Of a stretch of 64,000 nucleotides of DNA, positions 24,308-34,630 are shown one piece after another. The notes beneath the pieces were generated by a model. The model was given only the letters and a program-made list of their open reading frames with translations, searched no databases and was not told where the DNA came from. Made by a program: the position numbers and the translations under genes. The first letter of the stretch is position 1, and the number at the start of each line of letters is the position of its first letter. The stretch lies in NCBI GenBank assembly GCA_001643675.2, contig LSRY02000019.1, positions 434,001 to 498,000 of the forward strand. The letters run 5' to 3'. The DNA is from Monocercomonoides exilis PA203 (taxonomy: Eukaryota; Protista; Preaxostyla).

Positions 24308-24993
24308 TCATTCACAAGCTGCAGCCTCTGCCTGCGCCGGGATCTGCTCTTCAACCATTTTCGCTGCCTCGTCCTTCGTCAGCCCCGTCATCTTCGTCAT
24401 CTGGTTCTGCAGAATCTGGGGGAAAAAAAAAAACAGTTCCAAAACGGCGCAAAGCCAAATGCAAGCATGCACGGCCTGCTTTCCCAAAAGAAACTCAGCT
24501 CCACACCTCGACAGACGTCACTTTTGTGTTCATCTCAGCCACCTTGTTCAGCGTCTGGAACAGCAGCTCGTCCAAAAAGATGTCTGGGCTCTTCTGCTCG
24601 TCCAACTTCCTGCGCCACCGCACCAGCAATGTTCAGCCAGTCACAAAGATGAAGCCTCCTAAAGCCAAAAAAAAAAGAGAGAAAGCGCAAACTCCAGTGC
24701 TCCAGGCGGCACCGCCACGTCCCCAGCTCCCCGCTTTTCGTACACATCCGCCATTGCATTGAGCACTTTTTGGCTGAGATCCCCACACACCCCAGAGCAG
24801 AAGGGCGCAAGCAACATGAAGGCAAAACACTTTCAAAAAAGAAATAAGCCAAGTGGCCGGCACACATCTTTGCCCCCTGCACCTCTGGAGAGAACAACTG
24901 GTACTGCTCTGTCATCTGCAGCACCTCGATGAACGGGATGTACGCCCGCTCCAGCGCCTTCTCAATCAAATCCAGTTTCTCTTTCGCGGTCAT
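24308..24993 (-). CDS. MED10: Mediator complex subunit 10 (Med10/Nut2)-like, 4 exons
   Basis: Exons 24993-24866, 24773-24693, 24609-24507 and 24415-24308 give MTAKEKLDLIEKALERAYIPFIEV..KIQKVLNAMADVYEKRGAGDVAVPPGALEKLDEQKSPDIFLDELLFQTLNKVAEMNTKVTSVEIL.., matching the Med10 signature D..VP.E....ID.G.NP..Y..E....N..VKGK. Confidence 0.75.
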
Positions 24994-25342
24994 TTTTGTG
25001 GGTGCCTTTTGATCATTTTTCGATTCCACAAGATTATTGCAATGCAACATGCGATTGGCAAATATTTTAAATATCTGTGATGATTTTTGGTGTTTGGCTG
25101 TTTCTTCATTTTCCGAAAAAAAGAAAAAGAAAAAAAGAAAAAAAGAAAAAAAGAAAAAAAGAATAAATCTTAAAAACACGAAGTTATTTTGTGAAGTAGA
25201 AAATGTATAAATAATATCTTATGGAGATTATTGTATTTAAAAGAATAAAAGAAAATCATCACAAATCAAGACGCCATAACAATTTTTTTTGTGTGTGTGA
25301 AAAGTGAAGAAGAAAGATTGAGTTTTCGAGAGCAGTGCGGAG

Positions 25343-26145
25343 ATGATGTCAACTGAGCCTGTTTCATTAAAAGTCCTTGCGCTTGGAGAATTAGGAGTTG
25401 GGAAAACGTCATTGTTCAAGCAATTTCTTTATAGAATATTTGATAAATACCCCTTGGTGAGTCGTCCTGATTCAGTGATTGAAGTTTGCTTCATTTGTTT
25501 GGAATTTGCTTCAAATACATAGAATGAACGGTTTTTTCATTCATCAATTTGTGGAAAATTTGACTGATGCTTGCAATGTGCAGAAATATGTTGTTGACGG
25601 CAGGGAGGTGACCCTAGAGTTCTATGACACATGTTTGCGCTTTCTTTCAGCACCATTTCAAGGCAGATGATTGACTCTAATTTTCAAAATATCTGTGAAA
25701 ATGTTTTGTTTTGAAATCTGCAGTTAAAATCGAACGATTTGGATCTCTTCAAAAATATTTATACAGGAAGGTGGATGTGTGCATCCTTGTTTACGACGTG
25801 ACTGCACCAGAATCGTTTGACAAGCTAGAATATTGGAGAGGCGAATTTCTGCGCTTGAGTGATCCACAAGTCCCGAAGCATTTTCCATTTTTTGTTATCG
25901 GGAACAAGATTGACCTCGAAGAATCGAGAGCTGTGTCTGCAAGGAAAGCCGAGGAGTGGTGCGAATCAAAGGGAAGCACGATGCATTTCGAAATTTCTGC
26001 GAAAGACAACGTAATTGTCAAACAAGTATTTCTTGATATTATTCGAACGGTTTTGAATCGAAAAGCCATTGAAGAGGATGACAGCCAACAAATCGTGGAA
26101 GTTCAAGCGGATGTCAAACCCAACAGAACTATGTGCTGGAGTTGA
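25343..26145 (+). CDS. Rab7-like small GTPase with degenerate switch regions, 3 exons
   Basis: Exons 25343-25483, 25584-25632 and 25724-26145. G1 GELGVGKTSL, G4 GNKID and G5 EISAK present; Rab7-type YRKVDVCILVYDVT and WRGEFL..P.HFPFFVIGNKIDLE; C-terminal Cys (TMCWS). Confidence 0.88.
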
Positions 26146-26924
26146 AGCTTATCGTTCGTGTTTCTCTGCAGCAAAAAATTTGCTTTCACACAATCCAATT
26201 TTGCATCTTTTAAACCCTCAATCTTCTGTTCTTGTTTCTATTTTCGAGCGTTTTTTTTCCTTCTGTTTTGTGTGTTTTATTTTTATTTTTTGATGATATT
26301 TTATTTAATTTGTGTTCTGTTCTTTTTTTATTTTTTATGTTAAGTTGATGTTTTTGAACAAAAGAGAGAACAAAGCTAAAAACTGGTTATTCAGTTATGC
26401 AACAATTGTGCAAATTAATGTCAGTAAATATAGAACTTTAATCTTGTCAAACTCTAATTTTCTTATTGTTTTGTTCCAAAGAAAAATGAGAGATAGATGC
26501 TGTTTTGCACAATAAAAAGAATTATAAAAAAATAAAACAATTGTTTGAAATATTATTGATTTCTTTGCAGTCATTTAATTTTTGCTCATTCACCAAAAAT
26601 TTTTCAAAGTCGAAAAACTCACAATCGAAGTCGATAATGATTTTTCAAAGTCGAAAAAGTTTCATATGAAATCGAAAAACTTTCAAGATAAGTCGAAAGT
26701 TTGATAAAAAAATAAACGTTTAATAAACAGTATTCAATTGAAGAAGAATATTATTTTTTTGCTTTAGTGAATATTATCAGCAATCTTAGTGTTGTTTTTT
26801 GCAAAATTTGCAGATTTTGAACAAAAACAAACTCAAAAAAAACTCAAAACAAAACTTAAAACATTTTTTTCCTTCAACAAGAAAGGAGTATTTTGTAATA
26901 AAAACACGAAATAAGAAAGACAAT

Positions 26925-29900
26925 GGATGAAATGCGAATAAACAATTTTTATTCGAATGATCTGACTTTATTCGAATAAACCCCCTTTTAACTGAATGAG
27001 AGGCAGTTTATTCAAATAAACGTCTGCTTTCTCGAATCAACCATGAAAGATTCGAATAAAAAGTTAATTGATATTGTTATGGAAAATTTGTTCATGTTTT
27101 CGATGTTTTTAATGCGTTATTCACAATTAATAAAAAATTTAAAACAAGTGATCAAACATTTTTTTCGTGAAAATCAAAGAAAAACTTTTTTATGATGATA
27201 TTTAATGTAAATTTTCATAATTCACAAATTTATTTTCATAACTTCCTACATATTTTAAAGGTTTTTTGTGTAATTATCATTTTTGACAACTTTGATCATT
27301 ACATAAATTGGAAATATTTCATGAAAATAAAGATTTCTTCTTCTTTTCACATTGGAATGATTATTTCATGTTGAAAAGGTTATTCGCCAAACTGATTGAT
27401 AATGTATATTAATACGTCCTTCTTTATTTTGCACTCATCTTGTTTCACAATCTCTATTTTTTGATTATGATTTTTTGAAATTATTATCCACAATTTTTCG
27501 ATTAGGACAGTTATTTAACAAAAAAGCCGTTAACATTAAAGCATGCTCATCCAACTGCTGTTGAGCGAGCAATATTATTTATTCCTTATTTGAACGTTAG
27601 CACGAAAATAAAAATCCAAAAGAATATGCAAAAATTACGCATTCCTTAAACATCATTTGCGATTCAACGTAAAGAATAGTTTGAAAACTTCTTTTTATGA
27701 AAATATGGACATGTTTATTGTTTATTTGCTTTGATTCATTTTTTTCACATTACGAAAATATCCTTCATATTCTTTCAACATTGCTTTTGTTATTTATCCA
27801 CTCACAATCATATGTTATTTTTTTGTCGACTTCATATTCTGACACGTCCAGTTACTCATACATGTTTCTGTGAAGCTCACCACCGGGTCAGTACAGAGAT
27901 GTAATATTTGACCTATTATTTGCTGCTCAAATTATTTAACCTAATAACTTCCTTTTATTTGATGCTTCTTCTCATCCAAAAATTATTTCATTCACAACAA
28001 TTTCAACCGCACTCTCTTGCTTGCTCCCAACAATCTCCAACTTCTTCACTGCTTGCACACATTTATAAGAGTTTATCCAAAGACGGAAATTGAGAAATGG
28101 GAATTGGGAGAGCTGTTGGTGCTGCTTGAGGCTTCTTCAATGGAGTAGTTGGATTGTCTGCACGAATAAATGTGAATGGCATGGAATGCACTTGCAGATG
28201 CTGGATGCAACAGAAACATCGAACACATGAAATCGGTGTTTGTCAACTCAAATTGCGTTTAAATAAGATTTTCAACTTCCACAACAGAAAAGGTATTTGC
28301 ACCAAGCTCAGCGACACTTGCATGTGAGTCGAAAGCACTCTAGTCCAGAGCCAATGAACCCTGCTTGCTGAGGATGATCGCGCTGACTTCGTTGCTGAAC
28401 CCATCAGAATCTTGGAGGGAGATCGCTGAAAGGGAGAGACTCCAACTGTTCAGGAGGAATGAATTGGATCCCTGACTGTCTTTCTGGAACAGCAGCACTG
28501 ATTACGTTGCTTCGTAGTGGGTATTAACTGGAATATGAAATTCGGCAAGTCTTCTGGACAAGTGAAGTATGTTGGGCAGCTGAGACTGATAGTTTTGTGT
28601 GCATCCGAGTAATCGATATGCTCGAAGCCAGTTACAAAGGATCGACAGGGATCGATCGGTGATCCGCACCTTGCAATTTCAAATCCAGCATCAGTCAGGT
28701 GGATTTAGCTGGATGTGGATGGAATAAGGAAGAGGAACAGGTCAGCATCTCCAAATGTTTGGTCGCTCCCCACAAACTCATGCGGATCATTGAAAAACAG
28801 TTCGTATGTGAAGTTGAAGATGGCTGGGGTGACATTCGCACTGATATTGAAGCAGTCCACATAAATATTTCTGTCTTTGGCTGAATCGTTGCAAACAAAA
28901 GTGACAGCCTCTAAAAGGGTTGTTGCTTTGCTGCATCTGTGTCTGCACTTTTCACATAATGCGCATTTCTTTTGCCTGTTTTCTTGCTGCACTATCCGCT
29001 GTTGAACTCGCGCCTAGCAGCATTCAGATGGAGGTTACTCAAAAGAATCACTTCTATCAGCCCACTTTCATCGCATTGCAAGGCATGGCTCTCTTGAATT
29101 GCAGTTGTGTTCATCGCCACAGATCTGCTGATGCGCAGGAGAGATTAAGAGTGAGTAATAGCATAGACACGCACTCTTCCAACTGTATGCTGCATCCTTC
29201 AGCACAAACAAGTGCGCCTTCAATCTGAGGAGTGCCAGCTGGAGCAAACGAGCTGTTACCGAAGAGTAGATGGCCTTGAGGCGTGGAGGAGGAGATTAGC
29301 TCGGAGTGGCGAAGAAAGTCTCCTCCAGCAACAGAAAAATCGAGGCGGTTGAAGCTCAGCCTGCCCGTGCTCAGAACAACACAACTGCGGGTACTGTCCA
29401 GAATGGCTGATGCAAATGTGATTGTTGCCTTCTCAGTGCTGCTGCTGGAAGCGACTGTGCAGGATGTCAGGTCAAACTCGTTTTGAGTGAGTTCAGACGC
29501 CTTGATGAACAGCGCCTTGCCTGCTGAACCTGAATTAATGTTCAGCATGCATCACCAGAACGATGTACACAGATATATGTCTGAACCGCACCCCAGGATA
29601 TCGAAGCCGTTGGGAGGAATACAGGAGCTGGAGAACACGTCATTTCACATTCCATTTGCAGCTGAATAGCATAAAAAAAATGAGAAAAAACTCATTTGGT
29701 TGCATTTATCAGAGTTTTCCCAGCTACTCTTCAGAATTTTACACCTCCGTTTTAATGACACTTATCGAATTTTCATTTTTCATTAAAGAATTATTTCTTT
29801 TCTCGATAAGTTCATTTGAACTTATGTTCACAAACGTGCTTTTGAGCACATATTAAAGTCAGTTGTTCGTCGTATGTTTCGTTTTAATAATAGGAAATAT

Positions 29901-30257
29901 TTCTTTCAGGAAAACTGTTCTTAAATATTTCAGCAATTTAAAAAAGGAGCTAACATATTTTTATTATCCGATTTTTCTAATTTTTAAAGTGAATTCGCAA
30001 AATGAAACGTGAAATGAATGAAAATTGTTATTTAAATATTCAATTCACATTTTAAAACATCTTTGAAACATCAAAATGTTTAGTATTATTTAGCTTTTTG
30101 ATCGAAAAATCCCATAATAAAAAATAACTCAAATAAAGCGCTCAGTTCTCAAATAAACATGGTTTATTCGAATAAACTGCCTGTATTTGAAATAAAGGCT
30201 ATTTATTCGAATAAGCTATCTTTATTCAAATTAAAATGTCTTATTCGAATTTCATCC
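26925..30257. mobile_element. Non-autonomous TIR transposon with AAT TSD (PHIS-like) carrying a surface-protein gene fragment
   Basis: AAT|GGATGAAATGCGAATAA...TTATTCGAATTTCATCC|AAT; about 100 bp of imperfect inverted arms built from palindromic TTATTCGAATAA units, including AGGCAGTTTATTC[AG]AATAAAC in both arms. Confidence 0.85.
27780..29680 (-). pseudogene. Internal fragment of the giant beta-helix membrane protein family, with stops and frameshifts
   Basis: NDSAKDRNIYVDC..FVGSDQTFGDADLFLFLIPSTSS*IHLTDAGFEIARCGSPIDPCRSFVTGFEHI aligns to NDAWVGRDVFVKC..MMGTDDVHTDVDILPWIKHYLATLIFVNEMSIDSKNCGSEKTPCKSIYYGVSHI of the 2693-aa ORF in this window. Confidence 0.8.
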
Positions 30258-30682
30258 AATACTATTATCATCATTCTTCAATAAGTTAATTTTTGAAAAA
30301 CAAAAATTAACTTTGGAAAATTTTCGGTGAAGAAGTGTGCTTTCAATTGAAATGAGATTAAAAATATGTAAAAATTCCTCTCATGTTTTTCAAATTAGCA
30401 TTTGTTAAAAAGGAAGCACAAAAGCATATTGGAAAAGAAATGAAAAATCATGAAAATATCAAATATCTTTGATATTTCAACAACAAAAATGTTTTTTGAT
30501 TTTTATTGTTTTTAGTCAGCTTTTTGAATATATGAAGTTATTTAATTTTTCTATTTAACTTGAAAGTTTTTCGACTTAGAATAAATTTTGGTGCATGTGA
30601 AGAATATTTAAAAAAATGTTTTCATTTTCAATTGTTTCATTTTTATCAAGTGGAAAACAATTATTTGCAGCCCTGGAAAATA

Positions 30683-31489
30683 CACCATTTTTTATTCAAA
30701 ATTGTTAAACTTTTTATTCGAAATTGGTAAACTTCTTTTTCAAATTTAATAAAAATGAGTATTTAAAAAAAATTATTTTTGTGAAAAAATGGTTTTTGAC
30801 TGAGTATCGGAAAGTGATAAAAATATAAAATTTTTTCATTATCAATAAAAAGGATGAAAATTTGAACCTCTTAAATTATTATTTGTGAATAAACATGAAT
30901 ATTTCTGATTTTTCAGAAAAAAATCATCATCCATGAAATCGGATAATTTTCAAATGAATAAACCTCACACAGTTTATACATGCGTTTTTCAATAAAGAAA
31001 AGTTATTTGCATCAATTTTGCAAACTGGAAACTCGAATTTTTTATAGTGCATAAATCCATTAATGATCTTTCAGGATTCTTCATTTGTTTTTGTTGATCT
31101 TTTGTATATATTTAAACATAAATAATATATTTTGATTTTATGATGAGTTATCAAATAATGTGAGATTTATTCATTTGAAAATTATCCGATTTCATGGATG
31201 ATGATTTTTTTCTGAAAAATCAGAAATATTCATGTTTATTCACAAATAATAATTTAAGAGGTTCAAATTTTCATCCTTTTTATTGATAATGAAAAAATTT
31301 TATATTTTTATCACTTTCCGATACTCAGTCAAAAACCATTTTTTCACAAAAATAATTTTTTTTAAATACTCATTTTTATTAAATTTGAAAAAGAAGTTTA
31401 CCAATTTCGAATAAAAAGTTTAACAATTTTGAATAATAAATTCACCAATTTCGAATAATAAGTTTACCAAATTTGAATAATAAATGGTA
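30683..31489. mobile_element. Foldback MITE with ~290-bp inverted arms, probable TA TSD
   Basis: Arms 30683-30969 and 31159-31489 look identical over about 270 bp; termini TA|CACCATTT..AAATGGTA|TA; 22-bp subterminal units number 2 on the left and 4 on the right. Confidence 0.85.
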
Positions 31490-31664
31490 TACTTATCTTT
31501 TTTTTTATAAATAAATCGAATGAGTTTAATGAAGATTTATTTGTTGACAAGTTATTGTCTTTTCATTTATAAAATACAAATTCTTTCCGAAGCAGCGTTA
31601 GTCTTTGTGCAATAAAATGTGACAAATAATAAATTGAAACTAAGTTTTTCAAAAAAGAAAATTA

Positions 31665-32862
31665 CTGGTTTGTTTTATTATTTTTGTTTGTTTCTCACTG
31701 AGTACAGTCAAAACCGGATATAACCACATTGGTTTTTGCACAACTTTTTGTGACTATATCTGATTGTGACTATAAGCGATGCAACTTTTCACAGAAAATA
31801 TTTAAATTAATTTTTGAAATAATTAATTTTGGGTCAAATTTTTTGTTTTTGAAAATTCTACATAAAAACGTATTTTTTAATAGAAAATATAATTTTTTGG
31901 ATTTTATTATGTTATTTAGACTTATATAAACATAATTTTGAAAAACCAAAAAATTGAAAATTTTGATCAAAAAATCGATTTTTCATTGAAAAAATCACCC
32001 ATTATAATAAAAAATGTGATTATATATTTTCATTCCTGTGATTATATGCGATTGAAAATGAATGAAAAGCAAGCAAAAAATGTCGGTGCATCGAAAAATG
32101 TGACATAATACGAATGTGATTATATTCGACGTGATTATATCAGGTTTAGACTGTAATAGCGTTTTTTTATATTTTTAAAAGTCACTTTTCACAATGAACC
32201 AAGCTTTACAAAAAAATGTGAAATACAGTTTCATAAACTGTAAACATTTATCTATTTGTATTTTAAATTTCAATTTCCACATTTATGTATTTTGACACTT
32301 TTTTCTCATTTCATTTTTTCACGAACATGCAAGTATTTATATGAAATTTTCTTTGCTTTTAAAAATGAAGTGCTTAAATAAAAATATGCCACATAAAATA
32401 AACACTTTATTAATCGTTCCAACAAAAATTGGAACTTTATTATTCTCTTGTTGTATAATACTTGTTTCCTTCACAAAAATTTGATCGAAGACAATTCAGT
32501 TTTGGAAACATTTGCTTATTCAAGACAAAAAGAGAATTATTATGTTCCAATTTTTGTTGGAACGATTAATAAAGTGTTTATTTTATGTGGCATATTTTTA
32601 TTTAAGCACTTCATTTTTAAAAGCAAAGAAAATTTCATATAAATACTTGCATGTTGTTAAAAGAATGAAATGTGAAAAAATCAAGAAAAAAGTGTTTGTG
32701 AAAAAAAAGGATTTAAAAATAGTTAGATTATAGTTTATGCTATTCAAAACAACTCATCAATTTCTTGTGAGTTGCATGGTTCGCTGAGAAAAGTGACTTT
32801 TAAAAATACAAAAAAACGCGATAACTCAGTGAGAAACAAACTAAAATAATAAAACTAACTAG
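31665..32862. mobile_element. Foldback element interrupted by a nested MITE
   Basis: CTGGTTTGTTTTATTATTTTTGTTTGTTTCTCACTGAG pairs with CTCAGTGAGAAACAAACTAAAATAATAAAACTAACTAG; the pairing resumes after the insertion (GCGTTTTTTT.TATTTTTAAAAGTCACTTTTC); perfect ~110-bp inner arms at ~32325-32435 and ~32544-32655. Confidence 0.8.
31705..32153. mobile_element. pogo/Tc1-mariner-type MITE (TA TSD) nested in the foldback left arm
   Basis: TA|CAGTCAAAACCGGATATAACCAC...GTGATTATATCAGGTTTAGACTG|TA; repeated GTGA[CT]TATAT subterminal motifs. Confidence 0.88.
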
Positions 32863-32870
32863 TAATGAAT

Positions 32871-33136
32871 TGTTTAAAATTTGTCTAAATTTTTTTGAGA
32901 AGTTCCTTTTGTTTAATTTTCTTATAAAATGAAAATTTCATATTTCGATCAAATTTCCGTTCCCAATCATGAAAATTCACAAAAAATGAAATAATATCAT
33001 TGTCAAGATTTTGTTTTCATAACAGCAAAATTTGGTGAGTGGAAATAGAAATTTGATCGAAATAGGAAATTTTAATTTTATTAGAAAATTAAACAAATGG
33101 AACTTTTCAAAAAAATTTAGACATATGTTAAAACAT
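32871..33136. repeat. Imperfect palindrome (old foldback MITE)
   Basis: About 90-bp arms TGTCTAAATTTTTTTGAGAAGTTCC..TATTTCGATCAAATTTC and GAAATTTGATCGAAATA..GGAACTTTTCAAAAAAATTTAGACA. Confidence 0.75.
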
Positions 33137-33289
33137 TGTGTAAAAGTGAAAAAAGCCAATCAATGTTTGTTGAAAGTTGGCAGTCAAAAACAAAAAAAGT
33201 GCCAATAAGGGAAAAAGTCCCATTAAAAAGTTGACACTATTGAATTTTTGGATGGTAATTTCACATTCTGTTTTTATCTTTTTGTTCTT

Positions 33290-34400
33290 TTCAGAACAAT
33301 GGAGGTCAAAGGCAAAAGACTTGTGTTTTCTGTTTATTTTGATTGAATTCTTTTTAAATGAAGATTTTTTAAGTGTGGCAGAAATACAGAGAATAATTGA
33401 AGCTCAGTAAAGGACTTTCAAAGAAAAGAGATTGCAACAAGCCTTGGAAGACGAAATGACTACTAAGCAAACATTGAGAAAGAATAAGATTGAAGAGCCA
33501 TTTCTTTTATCTTGAAGCGTTGAGATTGGATTGAATCGCTGAGACAATTCTGGATTTGACGGGATTTGACGATGATTATGGCTATGATTGAAGAAGACAA
33601 CACTCAACATCATTAATTGGAAGTGAAAAGATGAAAAAAAAAAAAATAAAAAAAAATAAAAAATGAATGAGAAAGAATGAAGAAAAGATAATAGGAAGAT
33701 AAAGAAAGTTTATTTATTTGTGTATGCACTAAGGATTCATTAATAACAAAAAAAGGAGAGTCATCATGCAAGTAAAGTGTTTCTTTTCTTTCTTCTTTTT
33801 CTTCTTTTAACAATCTCCTTCAACTTTATCAGCATAACAAGAAAAGCCTTGAATGATTCTTCTTCTTCTATTTCTTCACTTTTTAATCATTCACTATCAG
33901 GTGTTTATCTCATGGATTTATGATCATTCAAACTATTTTGTGGAGATTAATCAGAAGAACAATAGAAAAAGAAAGAATCAGTTCTTTCATCGCTTCAATC
34001 ATCCATTTTATCATCGTCTTCCTCTTCTTTCTTCTTCACATGTTTGCGACACAACTAATTGAAGCAATTGAGAAAGAAAAAATTCGATTGATAGACAATA
34101 CCACCTTGACTAACTGGAGCGTTGAAAGTGGGTCATAGATGTTTGATTGAGATTCTTCAAATTTGACAGCAATTGTTTCTCTTCTCCTCATTCTCGTCCA
34201 TATTAAGCTCCGTCCCGTCTTCCCCATCTTCAGGAAAGATTCAGTGCATCACACAAACAGCACTTCCAACCCGTTTACAATCATTTTTTCATCGCACTCG
34301 CTCTCCTGCTCATTTCCAACAAATTAAATCAAATAATTCTTTAGAAGATATTTCATAATCAAGATTTTTAGCACACAAGCAACAATGAATTTTGAAGGAA
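33290..34400 (+). pseudogene. Decayed coding remnant(s) of unknown identity
   Basis: Coiled-coil-like reading EIQRIIEAQ*RTFKEKRLQQALEDEMTTKQTLRKNKIEEP with an in-frame stop; further broken frames downstream. Confidence 0.4.
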
Positions 34401-34630
34401 AGATTAATTTGTCAAAGCAATTCATGAATAAATAAACTTATTCTCCATTCACATTTGCTTAAGTTATTCAAAAATTGAATATCATTTCATTACAACTTTG
34501 CAATCACAATTCGTCTGATTCAAATTTATTGATATCATTTTCAAAAATGAATAAAACCACTTAAAGATAAAAAAAAATCGTCATTTGCTAAAATAGAAAA
34601 GAAAAACTGTCTTTTTTTTAAAATAACATT

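Larger units (their letters stand above)
26520..30650. mobile_element. Possible old, diverged TIR element enclosing the 26925-30257 element
   Basis: CACCAAAAATTTTTCAAAGTCGAAAAACT (~26591) is an imperfect inverted match to AGTTTTTCGACTTAGAATAAATTTTGGTG (~30565-30593); AAACAATTG motifs lie further out on both sides; tandem AAGTCGAAAAA units at 26600-26700. No clear TSD. Confidence 0.35.

Noticed and set aside
24610-24692. Apparent in-frame TGA (GGFIFVTG*TLLVRWRRKLDEQ) suggesting a selenoprotein
   Set aside because: The TGA falls inside a GT-AG intron whose removal restores a continuous Med10-like sequence.
26600-27060. Regularly spaced short repeats resembling a CRISPR array
   Set aside because: Degenerate 10-12-bp motifs with short spacers in transposon ends; eukaryotic context with no cas genes.
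28705-28707. In-frame TAA here and at 33408 suggesting the TAR=Gln code used by some oxymonads
   Set aside because: Both lie in frameshifted, decayed regions; intact genes here end in TAA or TAG and long ORFs contain no in-frame TAR.
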